The translations under genes were made by a program, and so were the position numbers. A stretch of 63,873 bases of DNA, filler included, from Nemertoderma westbladi (lineage: Eukaryota > Animalia > Xenacoelomorpha): the NCBI GenBank assembly GCA_032718475.1. It is 4 parts of 4 records of this genome, joined end to end, with 100 filler letters (N's around TTAATTAATTAA, not from the genome) between each part and the next. Parts side by side here need not be neighbours in the genome. Positions count along the whole stretch, not along the records: positions 59,032 to 63,873 come from JAUCBJ010005451.1; 3 more parts are not named here. One strand, given 5' to 3'. The notes beneath the pieces were generated by a model. That model ran no database searches and had not been told where the DNA came from. It was given only the letters and a program-made list of their open reading frames with translations. This document shows, one piece after another, positions 60,421-63,873 of this stretch. How positions within the stretch are numbered: position 1 is the stretch's first letter; each line of letters opens with the position of its first letter.

Positions 60421-62145
60421 CGACAGTAGTAATGGTATACCCTACTTCGGCGACAGTTGGACCCACTTCGCACCTTAGGTGTTAAGTAGGTCATTAAATA
60501 ATTAATTAATTTGTCGATTAAACAATTAATTAATTGCTTAATCGATCGATTTGTATCAAATAATGTTGCCAAAGGCAATTTAATTTGATACAAATCAATC
60601 AGATAGGGACGCGAGATGAATAGATTGTACTACAGTAGATGAAATATATAGAACAATAAAATCGAAAAAAAGTAAAAAAAGCACCGCCCTAATCTTTAGA
60701 TCTTTTAGAGTTTATTCGAATTTAGACTTTATTCTTCGTCCGGGTCACCAATATAATGTAAAATATAATATTTAATAGACAGATAGACAGATAGAAGAAA
60801 ATAATATAATAAAATATTCACTGAATCATATATTATAATTGACTGACTATGATATCAAATTATTCCGTAGTCCTGTGCACAGCAACCAGTAACTAGATAC
60901 AACTCTATATTTATCTCCAATCATAATTATATATTCCGTACTGTATACCGGTGAATTATAATAGATGAACAAATACTGTATTAGACTAAGCAAAACATAG
61001 AGCAAATCAATACATCGTGGGAGAAATGGGAAATAAACAGATACACTAGAGCAGCCTTCGTTGAAGGTACAACAGCGCCATTCCCATTCAGTGTATCATA
61101 CCGGACCTTTTGCCCTCATTCTTGCATGGTAAATTAAATAATCGGAAATAGTTAACATATATGAAAATTGAGATTAAAAGCGTCTTTTTTGTCAAATGCG
61201 CTAACACGGCTTCAATTATTTATTACTTCAATCGCTGTTGGGAATACTATACGACTCCGGCAGTATTCCAAAGCTTTGGCCTCCGACATTGAAGGAATGT
61301 TTCTATAGGTGAAATCATTGCAACGAGACTGAGATAGCTTACGGTTCTAGTGGTGGCTGGAAGGAGACTTCAACCAGGAGCCGGTGGAGTACTGGATGAC
61401 TATCCAGGCCTTCGGCATTATCTCTAGTCCATCTAACAAACCGCACAACTCATAAAAATAATATAAAACGTATGTACCTATGTACCTAAAGTACCTATGT
61501 TACAAGAAGTGGTGTAAACTTAGAGTTTACTTTAATGTAATACACGAAAAACAAAATTAGTAGAACAATAAGACTGTGGGAATTTACCAGGGAGTTTGTA
61601 AAACGTTTCGAAACGTCGAAACCAGACAAGAGACAAACGTTAATAGCACAAATAAAACAATAGATACGGTTAGTAGAATGCGTCCCCGCGATTGCCGCAT
61701 ACGCTACCTAGGACTCTTAGTTATTTAGCCGAGTATATGGTATAACGAACTGTTGACGGGCTAAGATCGCATAAAATGGTTCCGATCGACTGAAAAATTC
61801 GAACTAGTAAGTCTGTACGTAAGGTAAGTCAATAAATAGCAGTTCGATACTTGGTTGAAGAAACGAAAGTGCCCCACGATTCATCCAGAGACTATGTTGT
61901 GGTTATTTTTGATGGGCCAGTCGTACTTCTGCGCTTTAATTCCGTAAAACCAAGTATGAAATGTAATTCGTCGGGAATAAAGCTATATTTCCTCTCACAA
62001 GGAAATAAATAACTTTATATGTTCCAATAATGGAAATAGGAATAAAATAGGGGGTAAAAGGAGGCCATACAAAACAATTAAGCATTTATTTAATACACTA
62101 TGAAGCCAAGCAATCAGATACCGGTAATTCACAGTAGGCAGACTT

Positions 62146-62613
62146 GTGGGGCGAGCCACGAAGTTGGCGGAGCCTTAGCGAATTGACACTGTTAGGGGGT
62201 GGGTCAATTTATGCAAATAGTTGTCGTCGTCATCGTCGTCGTTGTCGTCGTCGTCGTCGTTACGATTTTGACATGCTAATAACTTTGTCGGATTTAAAGC
62301 TGCCAAGTTGAAAATTTGTAGGTATCAATATGAGCAAAAGTTGAGATTTTTGAGAGCCTTTCAGACACCATCAGTGCAATGGTCTCCCGCTAGAGGGCCA
62401 CATGTCTAAACATTAAATGCCCTCCCATTTCTTTGCTTTTAATCCGTTTAAGCTGAAACTTGGCAGATATGTATTAGACCATTAACTGTGACTTTCAAAG
62501 GACTGACGTAACGTGACAACGACAACTATTTGCATAAATTGACCCACCCCCTAACAGTGTCAATTCGCTAAGGCTCCGCCAACTTCGTGCTGCGCGAAGC
62601 CCCCACTTCGTGT
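62146..62613 (+). mobile_element. Helentron/DINE-1-like element with a ~70-bp internal inverted repeat
   Basis: Same termini as 5569-7104; (GTC)n microsatellite; 62157-62228 is inverted at 62518-62589. Confidence 0.7.
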
Positions 62614-63059
62614 AGTAAAATGTTTTACGGTAAATATGAGATTCCGTCTATTATCTGACCAATCTAGAATTATTGCAGCGGGAATTTACCTATTGTACCC
62701 GACTTACAGTAGAAAACGAACGTCTACGCCTTACAAGGTCCAACAACACATAGGGCGCTATCAGGTAATGTTCAAAACTCACCAATACGTGAAAGCAAAA
62801 AACAACAAATACACCAATTATAAATAACGATATATAAAGTACTCCTTTACACTCTCCGTTTATACGTTTATCAAATTCGTTGCAGAATACTTACCAAAAA
62901 TACAATAAACGGGATCAGTGTTTACAATATAAATTGATAAATATTTATGCACCAAATTCCTACCAATTACGATGGCCGATCGAAATTAGAGAAAGGCACA
63001 TCAATAGAACAAATAAGCAAATCAAAATACTCAAGGGGGGTTGAGAGTCAAATATTACT

Positions 63060-63873
63060 GTTAGCGTGACCATGGAGCCCATTTTGGTACTTAGAAGGAT
63101 AATTGAAGAGTTATCAAAAAAGAAAGACAGGCATCTGGATGTTATCTTTGTTGACTTCTTAAAGGCCTTTGATTCAGTCTCTCGCTCACGTATGTTCAGC
63201 ATACTTTCTTTATATTGGATTCCTGATGAAATTATTGCAGCAATCAGATCAGTATACGATGGTTCGACAACATTTGTGTCTACTGTCGACCGCGACACAG
63301 AACCATTTGAAGTGTTATGGGGCGTCCTCCAAGGAGACACACTTGCACCATTCTTGTTCATTATTGTGGTTGACTATGTTCTACGCATGTCCTTAGATCA
63401 TTATAATGATGATGGGGTGATGATAACTCCACCTACTGGCTCCAGAAGTCGAGGAAATCCTGCCAAGTACCTAACTGATCTAGACTTTGCTGATGACTTA
63501 GGAGTACTCTCAGAATCACTAGAGGGAGCCCAACGGCTCCTCAGCTCATTAGAACATGCTGCTTCTAGTGTTGGTCTTTTTATTAACTCCAGAAAGGCCA
63601 AAATTCTGACAGTTAACTTTGAAAGTCCTCAGCAAGCCTCTGATCGGATGAGCATAAGCTCAAAGGAAGGTATGCTTGAGCATGTGGACGACTTCTGTTA
63701 CCTGGGATCATGGATCCGGAAGTCAGGTGAGGACCTTCGAATACGTAAGGGAAATGCATGGTCAGCCTTGAATAGGCTTTCCAGGATTTGGAAGTCACCG
63801 AGAATTAATCGGAAACTTAAGGTCCGATTATTTAGAGCAGCAGTAGTTCCAGTACTCCTCTACGGGAGTCCAT
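63060..63873 (+). mobile_element. RTE-clade reverse transcriptase, 5'-truncated, open to the window edge
   Basis: ILVLRRIIEE..FVDFLKAFDSV..GVLQGDTLAPFLFIIVVDYVLR..DLDFADDL..VDDFCYLGSW..LFRAAVVPVLLYGS reads without a stop. Confidence 0.93.

Overview
Eukaryotic (animal, invertebrate-type) AT-rich genomic DNA made of four contigs joined by identical artificial 100-nt spacers (44 N + TTAATTAATTAA + 44 N at 20707, 41147 and 58932). Seven protein genes are recognisable: MAEA/GID9 (3 exons, +), an intronless divergent MPST/TST-type sulfurtransferase with a single frame break (+), intronless SEC62 (-), DENND1 (6 exons, truncated by a gap, +), intronless ATP6AP1/Ac45 (+) that appears nested antisense in an intron of FoxL2 (3 coding exons, -), and the 3' half of HDAC3 (-). 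The rest is large minisatellites, which generate the long repetitive ORFs in the track, and a dense set of mobile elements: RTE, CR1/L2-type and CRE retroelement fragments; GG-ended MITEs with 8-9 bp TSDs; hAT- and pogo-like MITEs; and Helentron/DINE-1-like elements. The most unusual observations are: (i) two genes (MAEA and the sulfurtransferase) whose own last codons plus stop codon form the monomer of a downstream tandem array; (ii) a strong excess of TA-core-TA words (TACCGGTA, TAGGCCTA, TACAGTA) around gene starts, some visible as insertions into TA sites, consistent with cut-and-paste transposon excision footprints; (iii) the FoxL2/ATP6AP1 nesting; and (iv) a composite TIR element carrying captured retroelement fragments. 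All homology calls come from recognising motifs by eye; no database search was run.
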